Below, piece after piece: positions 11,301 through 19,700 of a DNA stretch of 64,000 nucleotides (position 1 is its first letter; the number at the start of each line of letters is the position of its first letter). Under the pieces are notes generated by a model. The model was not told the origin of the DNA. It was given only the letters and a program-made list of their open reading frames with translations, and did no database searches. The stretch is taken from positions 3,886 to 67,885 of the IMG/VR virus record IMGVR_UViG_3300010346_002920; one strand, given 5' to 3'. The DNA comes from a virus (Duplodnaviria; Caudoviricetes). Made by a program: the position numbers and the translations under genes.

Positions 11301-11972
11301 GGGTTCTCCTCACTCGCGAATGCTGTGCTCACGGGGTCTATGACTGGCGGGGTTGCGGGATTTGCCGGCGGCTTCCTATCGACCTCTGCGGAGGGCATGC
11401 TCCTTGATGGCCGGGGGATCGGAGATGCTCTCTTGATGGGCCTCGCCGCTGGTGGACGCGGTGCTGCCATAGGCGTCGTAGGAGGTGCGGCGGGCGGTGC
11501 TGTCTTTTCACAGGTTGGGGCAACATTCCTTGGCAGCGTGGTTTCCGGGGCATCGGGAGGTGCTGCTGGCGGGGGCGTTGCCGGAGCCTGGCAAGGCTAT
11601 CAGCGACACGGCCTGTCTCTTAGCATGCTCCACTACGCCGGGAGCGGCGCTCTTCGCGGAGCTGCCTACGGGGCTGCAGGCGGCGCAGCTGGATGGGCTG
11701 CTGGCCGCGCATCTGGAGTGATCCGCCCCATGAAGGATTACCCAGGGAATCTGCCTAAGCCAGGAGGTCTCTTGGTGAGGACACAACCTGGCCAGCGAAC
11801 TTACGGGGATATGCCCGTCCAACCAGGCGCGGCCCGGCATCACGTAACGCCCCTGAGCTTGGGCGGGCGTGATGTGCCCAGCAACATCGAGTATGTACCG
11901 ATGGGCCAGCATCGGACACCGCACCCGCCAACCTCCGTCAGAGACGCGCCGATGGGTACCATCTTCTATTGA
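5343..11972 (+). CDS. Rhs/YD-repeat polymorphic toxin with N-terminal hydrophobic anchor and C-terminal HNH-type nuclease tip
   Basis: RBS GGAGGT before ATG 5343. DUF6531-like motif (RGGLGFRFRRYYRS...GPMGHGWDHN) and YD repeats. Rhs core ETGLYYQHHRY...FISPDPLGFLGGPDLYAYANNNPLHWHDPDG. Tip RHHVTPLSLGGRDVPSNIEYVPMGQHRTPH. Confidence 0.9.
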   Translation: MGVFKRIGAKHLCVAAVGLLAVGTVIWHAGFGPKPPNDPPGPDEVAGSLPKEVQAELGHMATIRASVEDEIADRESQWRSRLAAPAPLPVSQVRNELAKARKMVTQLGALPPLDESAYAARPPCRLWSPAGRTTSTDGLQVLPPTPESEVRVGPEGVIAAHSGELCFAEEDMVLPSRGGLGFRFRRYYRSFSEYDGPMGHGWDHNHNIRIVADAPSLSDAKTLRLHGGDFDVQFLRDGQRWAVQRGAFLSVEVQPQDMLVVTDAQRNQWTFELAASSPQDHACWRLQRQQTRHGPTAGNNLIYRYVSGTDVLASVEDPFGQLVRFYYDGAGRLRLLAGPGMRAEFSYDQHGSLISATIPRVAVSLSESAASSMEYGYRRAAGRAWCTSRRLNHSDSALFADIDLEPDSSSFGQAKTAGYRLIAKPAERITWSFAHVAADERLHVTVTPPVPGPVIVYSFAVKAPFPWLPTEMAVPARRASWNYLYNDDGLCTRETHPEGYQVLRRYDADSVDARSRRNCLDERTETTATPLLGPLTAKGRTAEFLPGTAFPVCVSAYQIDASGERRVLLEERYEYRGNTFDLLKAVVGDESTSYFWNPRGQILGEVDGCGAVTLFYYLPGIPEHDMESFVDGVPEGGGVLVRMVEDAPITELARVGTPEDRKRVAELPRRFSPIPPSAEVTHFLHDQLGRKIGQAGPGHQVFAVVNRLGHELAAWDSSGGLTVTEYDQRLLRRRVFHRLSPSFRSATDTGYTGSGIEPFDGRFYMESYAHDAWDRVASFSPTDEPARQGATRPEFRYERYPSGALHRLTDPVGTVRIHEYDANTGLPRRIGLDGSDGEAMTLQTFLEYSPSGLLLSFQDDCEDVWTVQLDSLGRAFEEHQPDGVISRTSLDGLDRPTRMVASREGQVVDDQEWEYTSSGRTARITRLRLRQADGGKVTSVGKMVVEENRYGPSGQLAAQRGPRADAWRQIFYDGIGRPVAEKSPENNWTLAAYRDGSVVVRSAMMRKPDADGLVALREVTILTERFRPYVTMPVDSAGVPQWARASVQQWSPEGRLLETLEPDSLHTQVAYDTRGNRLKELVRPVGPHGKGEQQHRTWRYNAAGRQVAQITDVTPLALFRKGETEKTVVPRRVSVPQVIEWRYDSLGRLVRQDHPDGLQVTRQYGRGGGMVTRMTWRHLTRPSLVLRDLEFRYGPKRRLVAVLRSGEERPVQEFNYDAWGFCARSTDRTGPDDVVVRREFDNWGLQWLEQIGCGPVRLQDLAMEDNPEAGSRRLRWQHPNAMPAMFWTEACYQRDRDDRVSSLLLDGRDFSEWAYQGQMPVSRTVAPSRTRRILSLSSMGEVVGLRIEAQDGKAWVALSDMRYALDARGSVIASTVRLGGVLAQPESIVSQYTDLDAYRQIIASAQEPVAWPDLAARHRELLASGDSPGAVLASRIHRDQAGNMLARYQGRWTDSALETALDRGTLYSSGPAISLPQTEDQQADVARLVSMLAESDRLQLASNRLTATAQQGHEQQNYKYDLLGQLSEYAGSYWDGKKARPVFWSLTFDSLGRLTRMKAVARDPAKDTPSDNAATVADLEYMYDAANRRVVKRVMDHATNRVHREATLYCDGRQTMVLEQHGDGSWVPIQQYVWGASPAEALQVVTSAHSAGTGNSRQLECYALHQDRGMDVVFATSIVGGRVQATPLATYLDTGENASSTRVAAIRSSSQATDPEACRNGRVDDGRQTRMLAQGEWNWVELQLPEARLVSGLTIWTDAFPNDFEVYRLDPGQQLPAGDEVDTWTRRAKQEGRLLAAAVNGMFLSPTGLRRKLSLMECPYQLVMNGSRVERFVILWRNESDRSPQVSVSEFSVQVLPEAISALGQNGAWLDRETGLYYQHHRYRLPAMNGKFISPDPLGFLGGPDLYAYANNNPLHWHDPDGRFAHILWGAGIGAVFGGGSYLVECWISGEEISWSRLAIRTATGAATGAVAALTFGAGSSFLAAKGFSSLANAVLTGSMTGGVAGFAGGFLSTSAEGMLLDGRGIGDALLMGLAAGGRGAAIGVVGGAAGGAVFSQVGATFLGSVVSGASGGAAGGGVAGAWQGYQRHGLSLSMLHYAGSGALRGAAYGAAGGAAGWAAGRASGVIRPMKDYPGNLPKPGGLLVRTQPGQRTYGDMPVQPGAARHHVTPLSLGGRDVPSNIEYVPMGQHRTPHPPTSVRDAPMGTIFY

Positions 11973-11982
11973 GGAGAACGCC

Positions 11983-12390
11983 ATGCCCGATTACGGGTTC
12001 CTTCAATCCTGTAAGCATCTGGAGCCGCCGTGTTCATCGACCGTGTTGGAGTCTATCGAGGCAGACCTTAACTACCCGCTGCCCGCCGAGTACAGGGACT
12101 TTTTGCTCTATGCTGATGGGGGCATGCCTACCGAGGCGGTGATCTTGTTCTCGGCCGGCAGAGGCATACATCCGGACGAAACCCTCCGAGCAGCCAATGA
12201 AGGACGTCAAGACCTGCCCGTGGTGTTTATCGGCAGGTTTGCGGAGGAGGAGTTTGGCTTTCTGCGCGATGACACCGGGGAATCGCAGCGCCCCGTCTAT
12301 GTCTACGAGCACGAGAGCGGCAGAACCAGGAAGCTAGCGGCCTCATTTGAGGCGTTCCTGAGGACCGTCCTGTCTGGCAAGACGCTCTAG
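11983..12390 (+). CDS. SMI1/KNR4 family immunity protein
   Basis: LESIEADLNYPLPAEYRDFLLYADGG...LAASFEAFL. Starts 10 nt after the Rhs stop with RBS GAGGAG. Confidence 0.9.
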   Translation: MPDYGFLQSCKHLEPPCSSTVLESIEADLNYPLPAEYRDFLLYADGGMPTEAVILFSAGRGIHPDETLRAANEGRQDLPVVFIGRFAEEEFGFLRDDTGESQRPVYVYEHESGRTRKLAASFEAFLRTVLSGKTL

Positions 12391-12457
12391 TTGAACGAGC
12401 AAGGATGAATGATCATCCCAATCGGCGGTGCTTCTTTACCCTCGGCGATTCCAGCGA

Positions 12458-12486
12458 TTGACAGCGGAATAGATTAACTGTTAAAT
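12458..12486 (+). promoter_or_regulatory. sigma70-type promoter for HTH/cargo block B
   Basis: TTGACA (12458-12463), 17-nt spacer, TTAAAT. The context ccagcgattgacagc matches 751-765 at 14 of 15 positions. Confidence 0.65.
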
Positions 12487-12551
12487 ACTCGCTGGTGTGC
12501 CCGGCCGAGTTCGGGGGCATCGCCACGCCGTTTCCGGCCAAGGACGAGCGG

Positions 12552-12761
12552 ATGAGCAAGAAGCCTGACAACGTGCTGACCATCGACGAACTGTCGGCTT
12601 ACCTGAAGGTGCCGAAGTCCAGCCTTTACAAGCTGGTGCAGGAAGGCAAGCTGCCCGGCACGAAGGTGGGCCGGCACTGGCGGTTTCGGCGGGAAACGAT
12701 AGACCGATGGCTTGACGCCGGCGGGCAGGTTGAGGCTGACTTGGCCAGCCGGCCGGAGTGA
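12552..12761 (+). CDS. excisionase-like helix-turn-helix protein (HTH_17), paralog of 849-1052
   Basis: VLTIDELSAYLKVPKSSLYKLVQEGKLPGTKVGRHWRF. Confidence 0.9.
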   Translation: MSKKPDNVLTIDELSAYLKVPKSSLYKLVQEGKLPGTKVGRHWRFRRETIDRWLDAGGQVEADLASRPE

Positions 12762-12807
12762 GGCCGGGGCCGCGAACGGATCGAGATGAAGCAAGGAGGC
12801 GGACCAC

Positions 12808-14652
12808 TTGGCCGCAACGAAGCGAACAAGGCGAACGTCGGACGGGTGCCCAGGCTACGAGGCGCTCTACCGTAAGCCCGCGCGTTCGACACGCGGCGGG
12901 CCGCTATTCAACGCATTCCCGTACCCCACGAAGATCTCGCCCGAAGCCATCGCTTTGTTCATCGCTGCTCACACGGCCCCCGGGGCGACCGTGCTGGACG
13001 GCTTCGCCGGGAGTGGTTCCACCGGCCTGGCGGCGATTCTGTGCGGCCAGCCCACCGATCAGATGCGCCAAGACGCTGAACGGCGGGGTCTCAACGTTCG
13101 CTGGGGCGCTCGGCGAGCCGTGCTATACGAACTCGGCGTGTTGGGGGCATTCGTCGCGGACGTGCTGTGCAACCCGCCCGATCCGGCGGAGTTCGGTGAC
13201 GCGGCGGAACGCTTGCTCTCTGACGTGCATCACCAGTGGGCTTGGCTCTATGGCACCGACGACCCGGACGGCAACGATGGTGAGATTCGCTACGTCGTCT
13301 GGTCGGATCTGCTGCGATGCCCGAAATGCCGTAAGCACGTCAGCCTTTGGGACGCCTGCGTGTCGCGCGGGCCCGCCAACATCTCCGGCACGTTCCGATG
13401 CCCGCACTGCAGGGCGGAGGCTGCTGTCGATTCCGTATTCCGTGTCCGGGAGACTGTCGCGGACGATTTGCTCGGCAACAAGCGGCTGACGCGCCGCCGA
13501 GTGCCGGCGTGGGTTTATGGCGAAACTAACGGCAAGACGTGGTCTCGCCCGGCCATAGTCGCCGACCAAAGGAAGGCCCAAGAGATTGAGCAAGCCGCAC
13601 GGCCCGGAGTTGCGCCACTACAGCAGGTTCCATGGGGCGACCTGTACCGATCCGGCTATCACGAGGGCATCACACACCTGCATCATTTCTACACGCGCCG
13701 CAATCTGCTGGCGTTCTCCGCCCTGTGGAATGCGACTACCCGTTTCCCGGAGCGACTGCAACCAGCGCTGCGGTTCTGGCTTCTCAGCTACAACGCGGCC
13801 CACTCGACATTGATGACGCGGGTCGTGGCCAAGAAGGGCCAGGACGACCTGGTCGTAACCAGCGCCCAGCCCGGCGTGCTCTACATCAGCGGCTTGCCGG
13901 TGGAGAAGAACATCTTCGCCGGGGTGCGCCGCAAGATCGGCACCATGCAGCGGGCGTTCGCCATGGTCCACAGCCACGAGAAGCTGGTCGAGGTGCGCAA
14001 CGCCTCGTGCCTCCAACTCGACCTGCCCGACGAGTCGGTTGACTACGTGTTCACGGACCCGCCATTCGGCGGCAATATCCCCTACGCCGAGGTGAACTTC
14101 ATCAACGAGGCGTGGCTCGGCCAACTGACCGACGCGACCGAAGAGGCCATCGTCAGCCCGCACCAGAAGAAGACCGTCGATGACTATCAGAAGCTTCTCC
14201 GACGAGCCTTCCAGGAAGCGCGCCGCGTGCTGCGCTCGGACGGCTGTGCGACAGTCGCTTTCCATTCCGCCTCGGCCGGAGTCTGGAACGCCCTGCGCAT
14301 CGCGTGTGAAGATGCGGGCTTCCACGTGGCTGGCACAAGCGTTCTGGACAAGACCCAGGCGAGTTTCAAGCAGGTTCGCACCAATGGTGCCGTCAAGGGC
14401 GATCCCTTGATCCTGCTCAGCAAGACACCGGCATGGGGAAATGGTCGTGAAGCCGAGGTCTGGGCGGTCACGAAGGAACTGGTCAAGCAGGCCGCGAAGT
14501 CGAACGACCCGGCCGAGGCCACCCCCCAGCGGCTCTACTCTCGACTGGTGGGCCGCTACGTGGCAGCGGGACAGAGCGTTCCGATTGACGCCGGGGATTT
14601 CTACCGAGGACTCCAGGATAGGCACAGTAGGTATGCAGAGCAGGCAGTGTGA
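12808..14652 (+). CDS. amino (N6-A/N4-C) DNA methyltransferase with zinc-ribbon insertion
   Basis: Motif I VLDGFAGSGST, motif IV TDPPF, CPKC and CPHC pairs. TTG start after AGGAGG. Confidence 0.85.
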   Translation: MAATKRTRRTSDGCPGYEALYRKPARSTRGGPLFNAFPYPTKISPEAIALFIAAHTAPGATVLDGFAGSGSTGLAAILCGQPTDQMRQDAERRGLNVRWGARRAVLYELGVLGAFVADVLCNPPDPAEFGDAAERLLSDVHHQWAWLYGTDDPDGNDGEIRYVVWSDLLRCPKCRKHVSLWDACVSRGPANISGTFRCPHCRAEAAVDSVFRVRETVADDLLGNKRLTRRRVPAWVYGETNGKTWSRPAIVADQRKAQEIEQAARPGVAPLQQVPWGDLYRSGYHEGITHLHHFYTRRNLLAFSALWNATTRFPERLQPALRFWLLSYNAAHSTLMTRVVAKKGQDDLVVTSAQPGVLYISGLPVEKNIFAGVRRKIGTMQRAFAMVHSHEKLVEVRNASCLQLDLPDESVDYVFTDPPFGGNIPYAEVNFINEAWLGQLTDATEEAIVSPHQKKTVDDYQKLLRRAFQEARRVLRSDGCATVAFHSASAGVWNALRIACEDAGFHVAGTSVLDKTQASFKQVRTNGAVKGDPLILLSKTPAWGNGREAEVWAVTKELVKQAAKSNDPAEATPQRLYSRLVGRYVAAGQSVPIDAGDFYRGLQDRHSRYAEQAV

Positions 14653-16768
14653 CAACTCGGCACTGTCCTCTGCCCGCAGCAAGGCAACCTTGCACGAGGC
14701 CCGCCTGCCCGGCTCCCAGCGCAAGCGGCTCGGGCAATTCTTCACCGGGTTGCCGCTGTCGCGTCTGTTGGCCGCTATCAGCATGACCGCCCCACGCAAG
14801 ACGGTCATCGACCCCATGGCCGGCACCGGCGACCTGCTTGACGCGGCGATTGAGCGGTCGTTTCATCAAGGACTATGCCTGGAGCGCATCGACGCCGTCG
14901 AGGTGGACAAGGACACCGCCACTGCCTGCCGGGAGCGGCTGGCAGCGTGGAAAGACATTTCGCCTGGGGTGGAGCGATCGGTCATTGCAGGCTCCGCCTT
15001 TGATCCGGCCGTCTGGTCGCAACTGGCGATGGGCACCTACGACCTGGCGATCACCAATCCACCGTACGTCCGCTACCAGACCATATCGAGCAACGGTACT
15101 GGAGGGACGGAATCCGGCGCTCCAGAGGACATGCGCCGGAGCTTGGTCGCGGCAGTCGACCGCATGCAGCGGTCTTCAGAAAGGCATGTGTGGCGAGCGC
15201 TGGTTCAGGGGTACTCGGGGCTGTCCGACCTGTCGGTGCCGTCGTGGCTCCTGGCCGCAATGCTGGTGAAGCCCGGTGGCGTTCTGGCTCTCGTCGCACC
15301 GGCGACCTGGCGAACTCGGGACTACGCCGACGTGCTGCAGTACATGCTCGCGAGGTTCTTCCGGCTGGAGGCGGTCGTCGCCGACAGGCAGCCGGGGTGG
15401 TTCTCGCAGGCGCTTGTGCGGACGCACCTGGTCGTCGCGAGCAGGATGTCATCCGAGGAAGCCTGCGTGCCCCTTACGGAACGCGGCGAGGCGTTGGAGT
15501 CCTTCCCATGGGTGGAGATCGCGCCTGAGGCAAGGGGCGGCGACAGCCTTGTCGGTTCAGCCTTTCCAATGGATGATCCCGAGGGGGCCTTCGCTCAATG
15601 GCTCCAGTTGGCGGACCAGGATGTTCCAGGCATCAGCCGCGTTGACCGGCGAACGCAGGATGAAGTCACAGCGGTCGTCTCCCGGTGTGGCTCTTCGAGG
15701 TGGTTCTCACGCTTGGAGCCCGTGGCGGCCAATGCGCCCCTGTTTGGTGGCTCCACGACTACCGACGCCTGCGCCGTGCCGCATGCCCTTGCCGATGCAC
15801 TCGGTACAGTGCCAGAATCCCTGACGACGCTGCACGATGTTGGCATCAAGGTCAGCCAGGGCCTGCGAACCGGCTGCAACGACTTCTTCTACGTGGACTT
15901 CATTGAGACCATCGACGCGTGGCGAGCACGGGTTCGGCTGAGCGCGCTGTTCGGTCGCAGGTGCGTCGATGTCCCTGCGGACGCCCTCGTTCCTGTACTG
16001 CGAAGGCAGGCCGAACTCGATGCCTTTACTGATGGACTCCCACTTCAGGGACGGTTGCTGAACCTGTCGGGGTACGTTCTGCCCGAGGACTGCCATGCAG
16101 TGGAGGAATCGAAGCCTATCTACGAGCAGTTGGGGCTGCCCATGCCGTCCGCTATGCCGGAACGGTTGGCCGAGCATGTCCGCTTCGCCTCCCAATCACG
16201 AACGGGTGGTGCAAAGGGAACTCTGATCCCGGAATTGTCAGCGGTGAGAACGAACGCGCGGCCAGCCGTTCAAAGTCAAAGGCCGAAGCCCCCGAGGTTC
16301 TGGTACATGCTGCCGGACCTCGCCCGGCGTCACGTGCCCGACGCCTTTGTGCCCCGGATCAATCAGCGGACTCCAGTGGCCATGGCCAACGGAACTGTTC
16401 CGGTGGTTGTGGACGCGAACTTTTCGACGGCCTGGTCCGTTGGCGGCGAATGGACGCCCTCTGCGATCAGCGCCCTGTTGCGCAGCTCATGGGTTCGGGC
16501 TTGCATGGAGGCCATCGGCACGCCCATGGGCGGCGGTGCCCTCAAGCTTGAGGCCACGCACCTCAAGCGGCTTCCGGTGCCGAGACTCACCGATCAAGAG
16601 ACCGGGCAGTTGGTGTCATTGGGAAGTAGCGCCCCCATCGCAGCGGTTGACCTCATCATCACCAAGGCAGTGCTTGGCGATCGCGCTAGCACAGCCTCCA
16701 TGTCACGCATGAACGAACGCCTGCTCGCCTTCATTGAGGCGGCCGAGCAAGCACGGCAAAGGGGTTAG
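14633..16768 (+). CDS. Eco57I-like gamma-class N6-adenine DNA methyltransferase
   Basis: IDPMAGTGDLL (motif I), NPPYVRYQ (motif IV), and C-terminal TRD-like MGGGALKLEATHLKRLPVP. ATG 14633 overlaps the upstream gene end. Confidence 0.85.
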   Translation: MQSRQCDNSALSSARSKATLHEARLPGSQRKRLGQFFTGLPLSRLLAAISMTAPRKTVIDPMAGTGDLLDAAIERSFHQGLCLERIDAVEVDKDTATACRERLAAWKDISPGVERSVIAGSAFDPAVWSQLAMGTYDLAITNPPYVRYQTISSNGTGGTESGAPEDMRRSLVAAVDRMQRSSERHVWRALVQGYSGLSDLSVPSWLLAAMLVKPGGVLALVAPATWRTRDYADVLQYMLARFFRLEAVVADRQPGWFSQALVRTHLVVASRMSSEEACVPLTERGEALESFPWVEIAPEARGGDSLVGSAFPMDDPEGAFAQWLQLADQDVPGISRVDRRTQDEVTAVVSRCGSSRWFSRLEPVAANAPLFGGSTTTDACAVPHALADALGTVPESLTTLHDVGIKVSQGLRTGCNDFFYVDFIETIDAWRARVRLSALFGRRCVDVPADALVPVLRRQAELDAFTDGLPLQGRLLNLSGYVLPEDCHAVEESKPIYEQLGLPMPSAMPERLAEHVRFASQSRTGGAKGTLIPELSAVRTNARPAVQSQRPKPPRFWYMLPDLARRHVPDAFVPRINQRTPVAMANGTVPVVVDANFSTAWSVGGEWTPSAISALLRSSWVRACMEAIGTPMGGGALKLEATHLKRLPVPRLTDQETGQLVSLGSSAPIAAVDLIITKAVLGDRASTASMSRMNERLLAFIEAAEQARQRG

Positions 16769-16769
16769 T

Positions 16770-19700
16770 ATGCCTGGTCGAATGGAATCAGCCAAACAGA
16801 TGATCTCTCGGTGCCGACGGCTGCGAGACGAAGGACGCCCTGAGGCCGTGCTTCGCAGCGAACTGGCATCTCGCCTACGACAGGTCTTCCCTGGCCCAGA
16901 AGATCAGCTGTGGATTGACCACTACACCGAGGGAGAGGAAGCCGCGACTCGCGTCGGCCGCTCCGGCGGCGGAACATCTCAGGGGTTCATTGACACGCTG
17001 GTACGCTCCACAGTGATCGAGTATGAGCCTGACCTTCGAATCGAGGCGCGGTGGAATGGAGGCTACCAGCAGGTGAAGGAGTACGCCGCTGGTGCTCTTC
17101 GGGCGGGGATGGCCGTGAGCCAGGTTCGCGGGGTGCTCTCGGACACGGTGGACTGGCATGTCTACGACGTCCAACTCGCCGATGGCGTAGCGCCGGCGGA
17201 TTGCACGGACGGAGACGTGACCTTACTGGACGTCGAGTCGTTCCAAGCCGAAGCCGCTGACGACGACACCGCCAGGCGTTTCCTCGCCTTCCTGAAGAAG
17301 CATCTCGCCAGAGAGCAATCCCGCTCGGTCGCCGCCGACTTCATTGCGGGCGACCTTGGGTTGGAGAGCGCCGCGCATGGCAGGCATGTTGCCTCCCTCG
17401 TGCAGCTGGTGGAGGACGGCCGGTCTTCGGATGATTCCATCGCGCTGGCCACGGACCTCTGGTCCCGGTTCGTCGATTATCTGGAGCACGATGAAGGCGA
17501 GTTCCGGGTGTCCGCCTACGTGGACGAGGCCTACGTGGCGATCCTCGCCAGACTGCTTTGCGCCAACATCCTTCAGCAACAGGCTTGCCTGAGTACCGAC
17601 GCAGAGCTTGGTAACATCCTGAGCGGCCAGTACTTCGAGACCGAGTTCCAGCTCCGGAACATGGTGGAGCAGGACTACTTCGGCTGGATGCTGCGACGCG
17701 AGCATCTGCCCCGTCTCATGCCGGTCGCCCGCGAGATGCAGCGAGACCTGTATGCGTATGACTTCTCGGTGATCCGGGAGGAAGACCTGTTCGGCCGGCT
17801 GATGGCGCAGCTTGCCAGAAGAACGCAGCGCAAGCTGCTGGGCCAGGAATGGACGCCGCAGTGGATCGCCCGCGCGTTGGCGGATAAGGCCGTGTCACTG
17901 GTCGGCGATGAGCCACCGTGCTTTGTTGACATGTGCTGCGGTTCGGGATCGATCATGGCGGAAGTGATCAAGGCCGCCAAAGCAGCAAGGTCATCGGCCG
18001 CCCTGGAAGAACTGGCAACGGTCGTGACGGGGTTCGACATCGACCCCCTCGCCGTCATGCTCGCCAAGACCACCTGGGTTGTCACGCTCGCGGCAGACAT
18101 TCGGGCCTCCACTGTGCCGGTGACCGTCCCCGTGTACCACGCCGATTCGCTGTTCGCGGTTACGCCGATCACCGAGCGGATGCCGCTGCCGGGCGAAGCG
18201 GGAGACATCCCTGTTGATCTTGACGGCGAGCGGATTACGTTACCCTCAGTGCTCGTGACGCCAGCCTTCAGGTCCATGTTCGACGACATCGTGGACTGGT
18301 GCTACGACGAGGCGCGAAAGGCCCAGGATGATGGTGATGCGACGGCGATCACCAGAGAACGAGCGAATCAGCTTGTGACCGCCCTGGTGGAACGCGGAGG
18401 CCATGAACTACCGGCTGAGGACAAGACGAAGATCGCGGCATCGGTCCATGAGCTCGCTGCGCGGATGGGTCAGCTTGCGGTAGACAACCGAAACGGGATC
18501 TGGGCGTTCATCCTGCGCAACACATACCGCCCGGGCCTACTGGCTGGCCAGTTCAACGGGCTGGTGTCGAACCCGCCGTGGCTTGCGATGAGCCAGTTCG
18601 CGGACAATCCGTACAAGGAAGCGCTCTCCAGCCGTGCGTCGGCCTACGGCATCAAGCCAGGCGGGGCCGCCCACCTGCACGCCGAATTGGCCACGACCCA
18701 CCTGCTCCATGCCGTGGACCGCTACCTCAAGGACGGGGCAAGCGTAGCGTGCCTGGTCCCTGGAACGGTTCTCAACGGCATGAATCATCAGAAACTGCGC
18801 GATGCAGCGTACCTGGAAGCGGATCGTCCCGTCCCTCTCGAGCTTCAGGAAGTCTGGGGCGTCGCTCCGGGCACCTTCAAGGTTCGGTCTGTGGCGCTGA
18901 TCGGCGTCAAGAGGGCCTCCGAACGGCGCGTTGCCAGATCAGCACCCGCAGGCGCGGTTGCGACGGCCTCGGCAGTTCAGCCCACCCCCCTCACGGTGAG
19001 GAATCTTGGCCGTCGAAGCGCCTGGGTTCTCGGCGGCTCTGCGTCGTCGGCCACATTCGGAACGGACGAAGTGCCTCCCCAAGGCGCGGACCTCATGCCT
19101 CGACCTGCCGTGTGCATCACGGTCGAGGACCGCCGTGGCCTCGAGTGGCGGGTCCGAACGCCAAGGCGGCGCGACTCGGAGTTCTTCGCGGTCAAGGATG
19201 CGAAGAAGCTCCAGACCCAGAGCTTCGGGGGCTGCATCGCCCCTTGCTTCGTTCATCGCATGGTCCAGTCGCTGAACCTGCTGCCGTTCACCTTGGACGG
19301 CAACTTTGTGCAGATTGGCATCCCAGCCCGCCGCGACGACCATGGGCAGTGGGAGATCATGGATGCCGCCGCCATCCGGACCGCTGGTTTTGCTCAGACC
19401 GCGCGGCGGTTCCAGCGCATCGACCGTGCCATGACGGATGCAGACGTGGTGAAGCCCTTGCACGAGAAGATCGACGAGCGGCGAAAACTCAGCTTGCAGG
19501 TGTTCCCGCCGAACCGCTATCTGGTGCTGAACGGGGCCGGCGGAGGCGTTGCCTGTGCGGCCAAGTTGTCGCTGGCGGAACTGCCTGACATCGTGGTCGA
19601 CCAGACCCTCTACTGGACGCTGGTCGCCACTTTGGATGAGGCCTGGTATCGAGTGGGGCTGATCAACACCGATGCTCTCACGCAAGCGATCCGAGAGTTC

